64,000 bases of DNA, from positions 62,001-126,000 of the IMG/VR virus record IMGVR_UViG_3300049215_000771. One strand, given 5' to 3'. A program made the translations under genes and the position numbers. Position 1 is the stretch's first letter; each line of letters begins with the position of its first letter. The notes beneath the pieces are model-generated. The model was not told the DNA's origin. It made no database searches and saw only the letters and a list, made by a program, of their open reading frames with translations. This document shows, in pieces, positions 36,786 through 45,570 of this stretch.

Positions 36786-37229
36786 GTGGCAAAGACCGAC
36801 AAAAAGACACTCGAACTGATCGAGCAAGTGAAACGGGATCGGGCTGAAATCGCCAAGCTGGACAAGCCCAGCTACAAGACCAACTGCTCGTTCACCTACA
36901 TCGAAGGGAACCGGGGCAGCGCAACCAACATTCACGTCGAAACGGACGTGAAGAAACTGATCCTGATGGCGGCGTTCCTGACGGAGAAGGAAAATTCCTA
37001 CAAGGGAGCGGCCAAGCTGCTCGGTGTGGAGAAGATTCCTGATTTCACCTGGGACGGCTACACCGTCGCCGAATGGCTGCAAGACCTGAAGACCCGCATC
37101 AGCAAGGTTCAGATTTCCAGCAAGAAAGCGAAGCTGGAGGCGCTGGAAGCCCGGCTGAAGAAGATCATCAGCCCGGAACTTCAGGCCGAACTGGAACTGG
37201 CCGATATTGAGAAGGAGTTGGGGGACTAA
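36786..37229 (+). CDS. coiled-coil hypothetical protein
   Basis: AAGGAG RBS; 147 aa. Confidence 0.65.
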   Translation: MAKTDKKTLELIEQVKRDRAEIAKLDKPSYKTNCSFTYIEGNRGSATNIHVETDVKKLILMAAFLTEKENSYKGAAKLLGVEKIPDFTWDGYTVAEWLQDLKTRISKVQISSKKAKLEALEARLKKIISPELQAELELADIEKELGD

Positions 37230-37238
37230 TCTTGCCGC

Positions 37239-37270
37239 ACGACTGCCTGGGGAATTCCCCAGGCAGTCGT
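37239..37270. repeat. 32-bp perfect palindrome
   Basis: ACGACTGCCTGGGGAATTCCCCAGGCAGTCGT; no U-tract. Confidence 0.85.
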
Positions 37271-37352
37271 ATACCCCCTGCGAAAATATGCGAGTTTCCG
37301 AACCTAGTGGATATTCGCCGGTCTTCTGAGTAGAAAGGGGGTTACGTTACCC

Positions 37353-37559
37353 ATGAAAAGCAAGATCGTTCTGGAGCAGCACGGAGCTACGATTAGCCCT
37401 GTGCCAGCGGGCAAGGCACAATATGATGTCGTTGCCCTTCACAACCGCACTCGTCCCTTGATCGGCGAGACTCTGACCGAGGAAGACGTGAAGAAGCTGC
37501 TGGCCGATGCCCGTGGCAACTTGACCGTCGAGATCAAGCCGTCCAAGAAGCGGCGCTAA
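37353..37559 (+). CDS. hypothetical protein
   Basis: 68-aa ORF. Confidence 0.6.
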   Translation: MKSKIVLEQHGATISPVPAGKAQYDVVALHNRTRPLIGETLTEEDVKKLLADARGNLTVEIKPSKKRR

Positions 37560-37602
37560 CCAACACCTTCAACCACCATCCAACAAAAAAGGAACCATCA
37601 AC

Positions 37603-38391
37603 ATGGCTACCGCAGGAGTCCGCCCCGTTGTCGAACAGGTCTGTGATGAGCAGGTCCACAACGGCGGCATGTTCACCGCCCACGATATTACCCTGGAGGT
37701 CCGCAACCGGGGGCATCGTGTGGGGCATCACGAAGTTCGAGACGCCGTTCACGACTATTTCGCTCGTGGCGGTATGGGTGTCGCATATACCCGCACCACT
37801 ATCAGCGTTCCCGCAGGTGGCACGCCCTTCCTGTATCACCGCACCGCCGACGATCCGGCCACTTACGGCAATATCCGTGGCGTCGGCCTGGTCCCCAATC
37901 CGTCCGTCAATACGATCTCCGTTCCGCCCCCGTCCAGTATCGCCAGCACCGATGACGACGAGGAAGACGACGAAGAAGATGAAGACGATGAAGACGACGA
38001 CGTGGTGGACCCCAGCGCCCTGGGCTTGCCCAATTCCGTTGCAGGCGTGGCCGTCGCAAGCCGGCCCAAGACTCACCACAAGTCCAAGTCGGCCAACAAG
38101 AACAAGCTGGTCGGTCGCACTGTTGATGGCCGTGCAACGCTGTCGTTGCCCTCGCCGTTGGTTCGGGCTGCTGGGTTCAATCCTGGCGACAAGGTGTACG
38201 CTACCGGCGTCCCTGATGGCGTGGAAGTCACCTTACACCCGACCAGTGCCGCCCTGTGTCGCAAATACACCGTGGACAACCACGGCCATATCCGCCTGAC
38301 GCAAGGTCTGTTGAAGCGTGCCGGCATTCCTGGTGGCGCTTACGATGTGTCGGGCGACAATACCAAGATCACGGTCAAACTTCACAAGTAA
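37603..38391 (+). CDS. protein with acidic linker and tandem AbrB/MraZ-like C-terminal domains
   Basis: RTVDGRATLSLP..LVRAAGFNPGDKV and YTVDNHGHIRLT..LLKRAGI. Confidence 0.55.
   Translation: MATAGVRPVVEQVCDEQVHNGGMFTAHDITLEVRNRGHRVGHHEVRDAVHDYFARGGMGVAYTRTTISVPAGGTPFLYHRTADDPATYGNIRGVGLVPNPSVNTISVPPPSSIASTDDDEEDDEEDEDDEDDDVVDPSALGLPNSVAGVAVASRPKTHHKSKSANKNKLVGRTVDGRATLSLPSPLVRAAGFNPGDKVYATGVPDGVEVTLHPTSAALCRKYTVDNHGHIRLTQGLLKRAGIPGGAYDVSGDNTKITVKLHK
37951..38001 (+). repeat. low-complexity Asp/Glu tract (17 codons)
   Basis: DDDEEDDEEDEDDEDDD. Confidence 0.85.
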
Positions 38392-38404
38392 CCAGAAAAC
38401 GGGC

Positions 38405-38433
38405 TTTACAACCAGGCTTTGCCGAAGTAATAT
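38405..38433 (+). promoter_or_regulatory. sigma70-type promoter
   Basis: TTTACA-17-TAATAT. Confidence 0.7.
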
Positions 38434-38487
38434 CTGAGCATTGACAGCGAGCCTGGTTGTTATCCCAAATCACAACGGAGGATAGTG

Positions 38488-40164
38488 ATGAGCGACACCG
38501 TTACCCTGACCCTGGAAGAGTTGGAAGAAATCAAGGCCCAACTCGTCGAAATGGATGCCGTTCTCACTCGGCTCCTGGCCCAGCCCCTTGTTTATGCAAC
38601 GGTCGTGAAGGCCGACAACAAGTTTCATCTGGACGCCTTCGAGCAGGGCGACCGGATGTTGGTGATCGACAAGAACCTTCGCAAGCAGAAGAAGTTCTAC
38701 GGCAAGATCGCCAGCCAGGGCGTCGATGACGAGGGCTGGGTCATCTTGGAATATCCCACGGGCGGGCGTGACCGGCTCAACATCGGCCTCAACGGGGAAT
38801 TGCCGCAGGTGAAACTGATCGGCAAGGACGACGGCACCAACGTCGTCATCGCCCATGACGGCAAGCTGTTCGAGGTTCACGGCTTGCCGGGGAAGGAATT
38901 CCATCCGTCGTCCACCGTCAAGGTGGATATGGAAACGAAGCAAATCCACGACGATGCTGGCGTCAGCGCCGCTGGTGACGTGGCCTACATCAAGACCATC
39001 GTGGACGAGGAACACGTCGAAGTGGAGAGCAACGGCCACAGCCGGGTCGTCATCCACGGCGTCAAGGACGAGGAAGGCGAATCCGTCAAGATCGAGCCGG
39101 GCGACCGGGTGATGTTGGATCACACCAACACCATCACCGTCCGTGTTCTCGAAAAGGACAACGCCGACCGCTTCAACCTGATCGAGCAGCAGAACGTCAC
39201 CTGGGACCAGATCGCCGGCCTGGGCGACGTGAAGGAATCGCTCGTCGAAGCGCTGGAACTGCCCTACCAGCACCCGGACATCTTCAAGTTCTACAACAAG
39301 AAGCCGCCGAAGGGCGTGTTGCTCTACGGCCCTCCGGGTTGTGGCAAGACCCTGTGTGCCAAGGCCGCTGCCAACAGCATGGCCCGCATCCACGGCAAGG
39401 AAAACTACCAGTCCGGGTTCATTTACGTCAAAGGCCCGGAATTGTTGAGCAAGTGGGTCGGCCAGACCGAGGCCGAAATCCGCCAACTGTTCGTCCGTGG
39501 CCGGGAACACTACAAGAAGCACGGCTATCCCGCCTTGCTGTTCATCGACGAAGCCGACGCCATCCTCCCGATGAGGGGTTCCGGCAAGTCGTCGGACGTG
39601 GAAAATACCATCGTTCCGATGTTCCTGTCGGAAATGGACGGCCTGGAGGAAGCACACCTGATGGTGTTGCTCGCCACCAACCAGCCGAAGCGTCTGGACC
39701 CCGCCGTGACTCGTGAAGGTCGTGTGGACCGGAAGGTTCGTGTCGGTCGTCCGACCGCCAAGAACGCACACGAATACTTCAACCTGCACATGAAGGGGAT
39801 TCCGGTCGCCGAGGGGTTCGAGGCGGAAGAACTGACGGCCCTGACGATCCGTGACCTGTTCAGCGAGAAGCGGGGTCTGTACACCGTCCAGTACAAGAAG
39901 CAGACCCATCTGTTCAAGCTGGGCGATGCCGTCAGCGGCTCGATGATCGCAACCATCGTGGATCACGCCACGAGCCAGGCCATGAAGCGTGACCTGCACG
40001 CCGGCACGCAAACGGGTGTGAACCACACCGACTTCCAGGACGCCGTGAACGGAATCTTCAAGCATCACGTCGAACTCAACCCGACGTTCGATCTCGAAGA
40101 ATTCTGTGATGCCAACAGCATCAACCGGAACGAGGCGACGTTCTCGAAACTGGTTCACGCATAA
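38488..40164 (+). CDS. AAA+ ATPase, ARC/Mpa (proteasome ATPase)-like
   Basis: N-terminal coiled coil and OB-like region (IEPGDRVMLD), GPPGCGKT, VKGPELLSKWVG, FIDEAD, SSDVENTIVP.FLSEMDG, LDPAVTREGRVD. Confidence 0.8.
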   Translation: MSDTVTLTLEELEEIKAQLVEMDAVLTRLLAQPLVYATVVKADNKFHLDAFEQGDRMLVIDKNLRKQKKFYGKIASQGVDDEGWVILEYPTGGRDRLNIGLNGELPQVKLIGKDDGTNVVIAHDGKLFEVHGLPGKEFHPSSTVKVDMETKQIHDDAGVSAAGDVAYIKTIVDEEHVEVESNGHSRVVIHGVKDEEGESVKIEPGDRVMLDHTNTITVRVLEKDNADRFNLIEQQNVTWDQIAGLGDVKESLVEALELPYQHPDIFKFYNKKPPKGVLLYGPPGCGKTLCAKAAANSMARIHGKENYQSGFIYVKGPELLSKWVGQTEAEIRQLFVRGREHYKKHGYPALLFIDEADAILPMRGSGKSSDVENTIVPMFLSEMDGLEEAHLMVLLATNQPKRLDPAVTREGRVDRKVRVGRPTAKNAHEYFNLHMKGIPVAEGFEAEELTALTIRDLFSEKRGLYTVQYKKQTHLFKLGDAVSGSMIATIVDHATSQAMKRDLHAGTQTGVNHTDFQDAVNGIFKHHVELNPTFDLEEFCDANSINRNEATFSKLVHA

Positions 40165-40183
40165 AAAATGCCGAACCAAACAC

Positions 40184-40224
40184 AAAGACCCGGCGTCTCT
40201 CATGTAGACGCTGGGTCTTTTGTG
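40184..40224 (+). terminator. intrinsic terminator
   Basis: AAAGACCCGGCGTCT...AGACGCTGGGTCTTTTGTGT. Confidence 0.75.
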
Positions 40225-40253
40225 TTTACAAGGCATGATTCTTGGGGTATGAT
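40225..40253 (+). promoter_or_regulatory. sigma70-type promoter
   Basis: TTTACA-17-TATGAT. Confidence 0.7.
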
Positions 40254-40259
40254 ACAGCC

Positions 40260-41489
40260 ATGTTCAATCTCTCCGAGGCGCTGGAGGCTCTGAAGGGCCA
40301 CGACGAGTTTGCAATCAAGGCTTATGACGGCCTGGTTACGCTTGACTACATTTTATGCTTCCCAGGCTCGTTCGATGCCGCAGAAGCCGAAATCGTGGCT
40401 CGTGGAGAGGCACAGGCTCACCGGGATGCAGAAATTCGCCGGAACTGTCGAGGGGTGACTTTCGACGAAAAGACTGGCGAGATCGTGTCTTTGCCGCTGC
40501 ACAAGTTTTTCAACATCGGCCAGACCGAGCAAACGCAGTTCCGCCACTTAACGTCCTGCAAGGCACGGATTTACGAGAAGATGGATGGTTCGATGATCCA
40601 CTTCTTCGTCCACCCGCACCGTCAGGAGTTGCTGGCGTCCACCTGCCGCTCGACGCAAACGCCCCAGGCGCAGGAGTCGCTGGGGCTGGCGAAGAAGAAC
40701 CAGCTTGTCTACGGCAAGATTCTCGCTATCATCGGTGAGGGTTGGACTCCGGTTTTCGAGTACGTCGCTGCACACAACCAGATCGTGGTGCAATATCCAC
40801 GTCCCCGGTTGGTGTATCTGATCTCTCGTCACCGGAAGACGGGCGAGTATAAGTTCCACGAAGGGTTCCCGGATACGGCAACGTATTTTGAGTTTCCCTT
40901 CCAGGACATCAACAACTACTTGGACCGCAAGGAATTCGAGGGCTACGTTTGCCACCTGGAATTCACGGAAGATGTTTCGTGCATCAAGGCGAAGAAGGGT
41001 GACAAGACGATTGTGAAGGCCAAGACGCCCTGGTACTTGGAGCGTCACCGGGCAGTGGATGCCCTGATGAGGCCGACCTACAAGTTGTACCAGGTCGTGT
41101 TCGATGGTGTCATGGACGACCTGTTGCCAACGGCTCCTGATCGGTTCAAGCCGAAGCTGGTTGGAATCTACGAAGAGGCGCAGCGTGATCTACTGAACGA
41201 GCAGCGCCGTGTTGAGAAGTTGTTCGATCTTTCGTTGGCGGCAGTGGAATCCGTTTGGAGCAGGACGTTCTCTCACGGAAAGCTGCCGGAACGCAAGATG
41301 GATCGGGTTCTCCGCAAGGCGTTCGTTGAGTACATCCAGCAGCACTACAAGTCGGATTTCTCTCTGCTGATGGCCCTGTATCTCGGCAATGACCCGTCTC
41401 CCACCATCAAGGACCGATTGATGGAAGGGTACAAGCTAAAGTACCCAAATCGGCTTTTTGCTGATTTGGAAGAAGAAGCTGTCGCATGA
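40260..41489 (+). CDS. T4 Rnl1-like RNA ligase
   Basis: CRGVTFD, LHKFFN, YEKMDGSMI, VFEY, EGYV, KAKTPWY. Confidence 0.88.
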   Translation: MFNLSEALEALKGHDEFAIKAYDGLVTLDYILCFPGSFDAAEAEIVARGEAQAHRDAEIRRNCRGVTFDEKTGEIVSLPLHKFFNIGQTEQTQFRHLTSCKARIYEKMDGSMIHFFVHPHRQELLASTCRSTQTPQAQESLGLAKKNQLVYGKILAIIGEGWTPVFEYVAAHNQIVVQYPRPRLVYLISRHRKTGEYKFHEGFPDTATYFEFPFQDINNYLDRKEFEGYVCHLEFTEDVSCIKAKKGDKTIVKAKTPWYLERHRAVDALMRPTYKLYQVVFDGVMDDLLPTAPDRFKPKLVGIYEEAQRDLLNEQRRVEKLFDLSLAAVESVWSRTFSHGKLPERKMDRVLRKAFVEYIQQHYKSDFSLLMALYLGNDPSPTIKDRLMEGYKLKYPNRLFADLEEEAVA

Positions 41490-41782
41490 AGCTATTTTCG
41501 CCCACGGATGGGCCTTCTTCACAACTAGGGGAAACGGACATGCCTGTATTCCGAGTTTGCAGTGGCGACCTGGATGTTACATTGACCCGGCAAACGCATC
41601 AGGAGGCGGCATCAGACGCTTTCGGTACTCTGCGTAGCGGAAACTTCGACAAGATGAAGCTAGGGGTGATGACCAGCGTGCTGGAGCTAGGCGACCCCGA
41701 CGAGTTGCCAGTGTTCATCGAAACCATGCACCTGGTCAAACTGAATGGACTGAACTACACCAACGCCGCAAGAAAGGGCTAA
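41486..41782 (+). CDS. hypothetical protein
   Basis: 98-aa ORF; start may be 41540. Confidence 0.5.
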   Translation: MKLFSPTDGPSSQLGETDMPVFRVCSGDLDVTLTRQTHQEAASDAFGTLRSGNFDKMKLGVMTSVLELGDPDELPVFIETMHLVKLNGLNYTNAARKG

Positions 41783-41783
41783 C

Positions 41784-42512
41784 ATGCCAATCCAGATTGG
41801 AAACATCGAGAAGAAAACCGACTCCCGCTGGCTCAACCTGTTTGAAGTCGATTATATCGGCATGACAGGCAAACCCGGCAAATGGCAGTTCGCCTCACGC
41901 AATCCCAACCCACAGCCCGGCCCCAATCCCATCACATCCAACGCCGTCATCATCGTTCCCCTCCTCAAAGATGGGCGCAAGCGGAAACTCGTCGTCATCA
42001 AGGAATTTCGCATTCCCCTGGGTGATTACGAGTATGCCGTCCCTGCCGGCCTGTTCGATCCGGGCGAGGAACTTGTCAAAACCGTCAAGCGGGAACTGAA
42101 GGAAGAAACGGGCTTGAAAGGGACGAAGATTCTCGTCACCAGCCCCGCCGTGGTTTCCAGCGCTGGCCTTTCCGATGAAGCCGTCAACTACGTTTTCGTC
42201 GAATGCACTGGCATCCCTGACAACAGTGGCAACGAGGGTACTGAAGACATCACCATCGAAGTTCTGGACATCGAAGGCGTGGCGAAACTCCGACGCTCCG
42301 GGGCCAAGATGTCTTCCAAGTTGTGGCCCATCCTCCTCATGTTCGAGGCGATGGGAAAAATCGCCATTCCCAGGAGCATCAGAGATGAAAATCGTAAGGC
42401 ATTACAACGAGGAAGAACTGAAGCAACTGCTGACCAAAGCGGTGGAGTTTCCGCAGAAGAACCGGCAGTTGAAGGTGAAGGAGATCAAGTTCCGAGTCAC
42501 GGAGCAGCGTGA
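41784..42512 (+). CDS. Nudix hydrolase, ADP-ribose pyrophosphatase-like
   Basis: KEFRIP...PAGLFDPGE.......RELKEETG; SSAGLSDE. Confidence 0.85.
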   Translation: MPIQIGNIEKKTDSRWLNLFEVDYIGMTGKPGKWQFASRNPNPQPGPNPITSNAVIIVPLLKDGRKRKLVVIKEFRIPLGDYEYAVPAGLFDPGEELVKTVKRELKEETGLKGTKILVTSPAVVSSAGLSDEAVNYVFVECTGIPDNSGNEGTEDITIEVLDIEGVAKLRRSGAKMSSKLWPILLMFEAMGKIAIPRSIRDENRKALQRGRTEATADQSGGVSAEEPAVEGEGDQVPSHGAA

Positions 42513-42582
42513 CGCCCACGACCGGCCTGGATTCGGGAACGTCGTCGAAGCGGAGATCGAAGTGGAGGAAGAAGAAAGATGA
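42385..42582 (+). CDS. small hypothetical protein
   Basis: AGGAG RBS; overlaps the Nudix tail; ATGA overlap with the next gene. Confidence 0.5.
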   Translation: MKIVRHYNEEELKQLLTKAVEFPQKNRQLKVKEIKFRVTEQRDAHDRPGFGNVVEAEIEVEEEER

Positions 42583-43580
42583 ACCTAAAAGACAAAGTAC
42601 GAGGAACCTTCCTGGGCCTCGCCATTGGCGATGCCCTGGGGAAAGCTACGGAATCGCTGTCGTTCAACACCATCATGGAGAAGTTCGGCAGGATTACCGA
42701 CTACATCAGCAATCCCCACCACAAGTATTTCGATGGCGCTCCCGTTGGCTCCTGGACTGACGACACTCAGCTTTCTCTTGCTGTGGCTCGTGGCATTGCC
42801 CACAAAGGCGAATTCGACCTGGATGCCATTGCCGAGGAACATTGTGTTGAGTTCATGAAAACTGTGGCTGGTTGGGGCAACACTACCAGAGAAGCCATCG
42901 CCAAGATCGTGGACGGTGGGCACTGGTCCCAGGCCAGCCTCACAGACCAACCCAACCGAGGCGTCGGCAATGGCGTGGCAATGAAGGTTGCCCCTGTTGG
43001 TTGCTACATGGCCTTGACCAACCCCGAATGCAACAACCCGCAGTGGGGCGAGGATGTGAAAAAGCTGATGAAGCTGGCGACTATGACGCACTTCACCAGC
43101 ATGGCGATTACTTCGGGATTCGCCCAAACCTTCGCCGTGTTCAAGTGCATGATGTCGGACCCCGAAAACTTCGATGTCAAGTCCTTCATCCGAACCATCA
43201 ACGGCGCAGGCATGATGGGGCGGCGGTACTTGTTCAAGACCATTACCCAGGATGACATTGCCAACAGGTTCGGCCTGTTGGAAAAATACGACGAGTACCC
43301 GCCCGAACGCATCATCGCCGAGTTGAAGGGTAGCTGCTACGTCTACGAGTCGCTGCCGTTCACCTTCATGTTCTTCGTCCGTAACCCACACAGTATTGAA
43401 ACGCTGTACGATGTGGTGACGGCGGGCGGGGACACGGACACCAATGGCTCCATGCTCGGCGCTCTCCTGGGCGCTCTGCACGGCACAGACATCTTTCCCG
43501 AACATCTGGTTGACGGCCTCCGTGAACGTGAGATGGTCATGGAAGTCGCCGACAGGATGTACGACAAGTTGAAGGGCTAA
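42579..43580 (+). CDS. ADP-ribosylglycohydrolase (DraG/ARH family)
   Basis: GLAIGDALG, WTDDTQ, GNGVAMK.AP, GGDTDT. Confidence 0.92.
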   Translation: MNLKDKVRGTFLGLAIGDALGKATESLSFNTIMEKFGRITDYISNPHHKYFDGAPVGSWTDDTQLSLAVARGIAHKGEFDLDAIAEEHCVEFMKTVAGWGNTTREAIAKIVDGGHWSQASLTDQPNRGVGNGVAMKVAPVGCYMALTNPECNNPQWGEDVKKLMKLATMTHFTSMAITSGFAQTFAVFKCMMSDPENFDVKSFIRTINGAGMMGRRYLFKTITQDDIANRFGLLEKYDEYPPERIIAELKGSCYVYESLPFTFMFFVRNPHSIETLYDVVTAGGDTDTNGSMLGALLGALHGTDIFPEHLVDGLREREMVMEVADRMYDKLKG

Positions 43581-43581
43581 C

Positions 43582-43977
43582 ATGGGCGTTGCCACCACGC
43601 ATTACTGCATCTTCGGCGTCATGGAAACCGACAAGAAGAAAGTCAAGGAATTCTTCTCCCTGAACGAGAAGCACCTGGACTTCATGGATGGTTATGATGA
43701 CAATGGCTACAAGGATGAAGTTACGCCGAATGAAAGCGGCATCCACGTTATCGTGGACGGCATGAATGGCGGCTACGTCGTGATCGGGAAGATCATGTTC
43801 AAAAGCCTGGAGGGTTTCCCTCTCGAAGAAATGCTGAAGATCAAACAGCCCAAGGCCAAGGAAGCGGTCAAAATCGCCAAGGAAATTACCAAGATAGACC
43901 AGAAGTTGGGAACGAATTTCATGGTTGAGCAGGAGTTTCCGACATTTGGATTGTACTTTTTTACACACTGGCACTGA
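43582..43977 (+). CDS. hypothetical protein
   Basis: 131-aa ORF. Confidence 0.6.
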   Translation: MGVATTHYCIFGVMETDKKKVKEFFSLNEKHLDFMDGYDDNGYKDEVTPNESGIHVIVDGMNGGYVVIGKIMFKSLEGFPLEEMLKIKQPKAKEAVKIAKEITKIDQKLGTNFMVEQEFPTFGLYFFTHWH

Positions 43978-43978
43978 T

Positions 43979-44170
43979 ATGTCAAACTGGACTCTAGGCC
44001 ACTGTATTATGTGGCTCCCCTTGCTCATTCTCGCCCTGGCTGTCGGTTATTTCGAGACAACCGGGCAGCCCCAACCATCCTGGCTGGTGGTCCCGGTCGG
44101 CCTGCCAATTTGTGGTATTTGCTTCATTGGCGGGTTGTTCATTCGCAGCAGCAGGAAAAACGAACCATGA
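43979..44170 (+). CDS. small membrane protein
   Basis: Two hydrophobic segments. Confidence 0.5.
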   Translation: MSNWTLGHCIMWLPLLILALAVGYFETTGQPQPSWLVVPVGLPICGICFIGGLFIRSSRKNEP

Positions 44171-44337
44171 AGATGGAACAGAAGGTTGTTACAGCTACTT
44201 CGGCGGCTGCCTTCAAGGAAGCCGTCGATAGTGCCCTGAAGGAAGGCTGGCGGGTTATTCCCGGCACGGTTGCTGTAGGCGGTTGTGGCTACGTTTGCTT
44301 CATGGAAAAACCCCAGCAAGGCCCGGCCAGAATTTGA
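44167..44337 (+). CDS. small DUF1737-like protein
   Basis: FKEAVDSALKEGWRVIPG. Confidence 0.55.
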   Translation: MKMEQKVVTATSAAAFKEAVDSALKEGWRVIPGTVAVGGCGYVCFMEKPQQGPARI

Positions 44338-44405
44338 AAAAGTTCCGAACCTTGCTCCAGGAGCAGGGTCTTCTATGCGAAGGATGAAAAAGCATCTAAC
44401 CTGAC

Positions 44406-44434
44406 TTTACAACAGGCCGGATGCGAAGTAGAAT
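44406..44434 (+). promoter_or_regulatory. sigma70-type promoter
   Basis: TTTACA-17-TAGAAT. Confidence 0.7.
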
Positions 44435-44522
44435 CCTCCTCAGTAGTTGCAGCCCACCCCCGCATTGTGCTGGAAGGGTCGGAACCTAGTTGCAACGACT
44501 CTAGCAGAAAGGCTTTACGCCA

Positions 44523-45440
44523 ATGGCCGCAAAGAAACCCGCCGCTCCCGCTTCCACTGCTTCCGCCGCTGACCTGCTCAACGAGTTGAGCGATCTGGTC
44601 CCCAAGACGGAGAAGCCGAAGGCCGGGGCCAAGCAGAAGTGGGAAGTGGTCCTGACGGGCTACCAGGCCGAGGTTTTCGGTCGCTGGATCAGCGCCAAGA
44701 ACGTGTCCGAGGTCGTGGACACTCGGTTGGAGAACAGCAAGGAAGAACTGTGTGAGTTCGCCCTGGGCGTGGTCGCCGAGGCGATGTTCAAGTCCAAGAC
44801 CCGGCCCATCAACCCGACGCTGGTGGTCAAGAAGGCCGGCTCGCAGCAGGTGGACAGCCAGGCCGTCTACTTGTTCTCCGACAAGTTCAAGTACCGCTTC
44901 CCGGAAGTCCCGGACGGCGTGAAGGCTCGTGATTTCTTCGTCCAGACCTTCGAGGGGCTGGGGCTGACGAAGGGAGACGCCGAGAAGCTGGTCGATCAGG
45001 AACTCGATCTGAACCCGGTCGTCGGCCTCCGTCCGCTGACGGAACTGACCCAGGGCAAGTACGGCGAGAAGCGCCAGTACATCGAGTCCACCGCCGAAGA
45101 GAAGGAAGCGGGCCGCAAGCTGATGCTGTTCCTCACCGGCAAGCCGGACGAGAACGGCCAATGCACGGTCGAGGCGCTGACGCCGCAGGAACGGGCGCTC
45201 ATCATCAAGCGTGACCCCGGCATCAAGGTGAAGGCGGGCTTCTACGGGCGGGTCTGCAACTACGCTCACTCGGTCGATCAGTTGAAGGCCATCTTCAAGG
45301 TGATCGTTCCCATCGCTTACCCGGCACACCAGAAGTTCGGCCTCAACGACACGCCGGAAGTTCGGGCGAAGCGCCTGATCGACGCCACCGCCGACATCAT
45401 CGGTGTGGCCGTCGTTGACGACAAGGACAGCGACGACTAA
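44523..45440 (+). CDS. hypothetical protein, strongly codon-biased
   Basis: 305-aa ORF with almost all C/G third positions. Confidence 0.75.
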   Translation: MAAKKPAAPASTASAADLLNELSDLVPKTEKPKAGAKQKWEVVLTGYQAEVFGRWISAKNVSEVVDTRLENSKEELCEFALGVVAEAMFKSKTRPINPTLVVKKAGSQQVDSQAVYLFSDKFKYRFPEVPDGVKARDFFVQTFEGLGLTKGDAEKLVDQELDLNPVVGLRPLTELTQGKYGEKRQYIESTAEEKEAGRKLMLFLTGKPDENGQCTVEALTPQERALIIKRDPGIKVKAGFYGRVCNYAHSVDQLKAIFKVIVPIAYPAHQKFGLNDTPEVRAKRLIDATADIIGVAVVDDKDSDD

Positions 45441-45448
45441 GGTGCATT

Positions 45449-45519
45449 GGCGGGAGTGGGCTGGTCGATAGGAACCCCCTGGCAGCCCAGGGCGTTGTAA
45501 TCACAGGCTCACTCCCGCC
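45449..45519 (+). ncRNA. candidate structured RNA
   Basis: GGCGGGAGTG/CACTCCCGCC closing stem with internal hairpins, followed by a terminator. Confidence 0.3.
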
Positions 45520-45529
45520 TTCTTATGCG

Positions 45530-45555
45530 AGGCGGGCCTTTGGCTCGCCTTTTTT
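45530..45555 (+). terminator. intrinsic terminator
   Basis: AGGCGGGCC-TTT-GGCTCGCCT-TTTTT. Confidence 0.75.
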
Positions 45556-45570
45556 CGTTGGGAGAATACG

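Noticed and set aside
44440-44495. TAGTTGCA direct repeat in the leader of 44523 as an operator
   Set aside because: Only two short copies, with no clear support at other promoters.
45449-45555. tmRNA or SRP RNA next to smpB
   Set aside because: Too short for tmRNA, with no tRNA-like ends or tag ORF; the SRP domain IV consensus is not matched.
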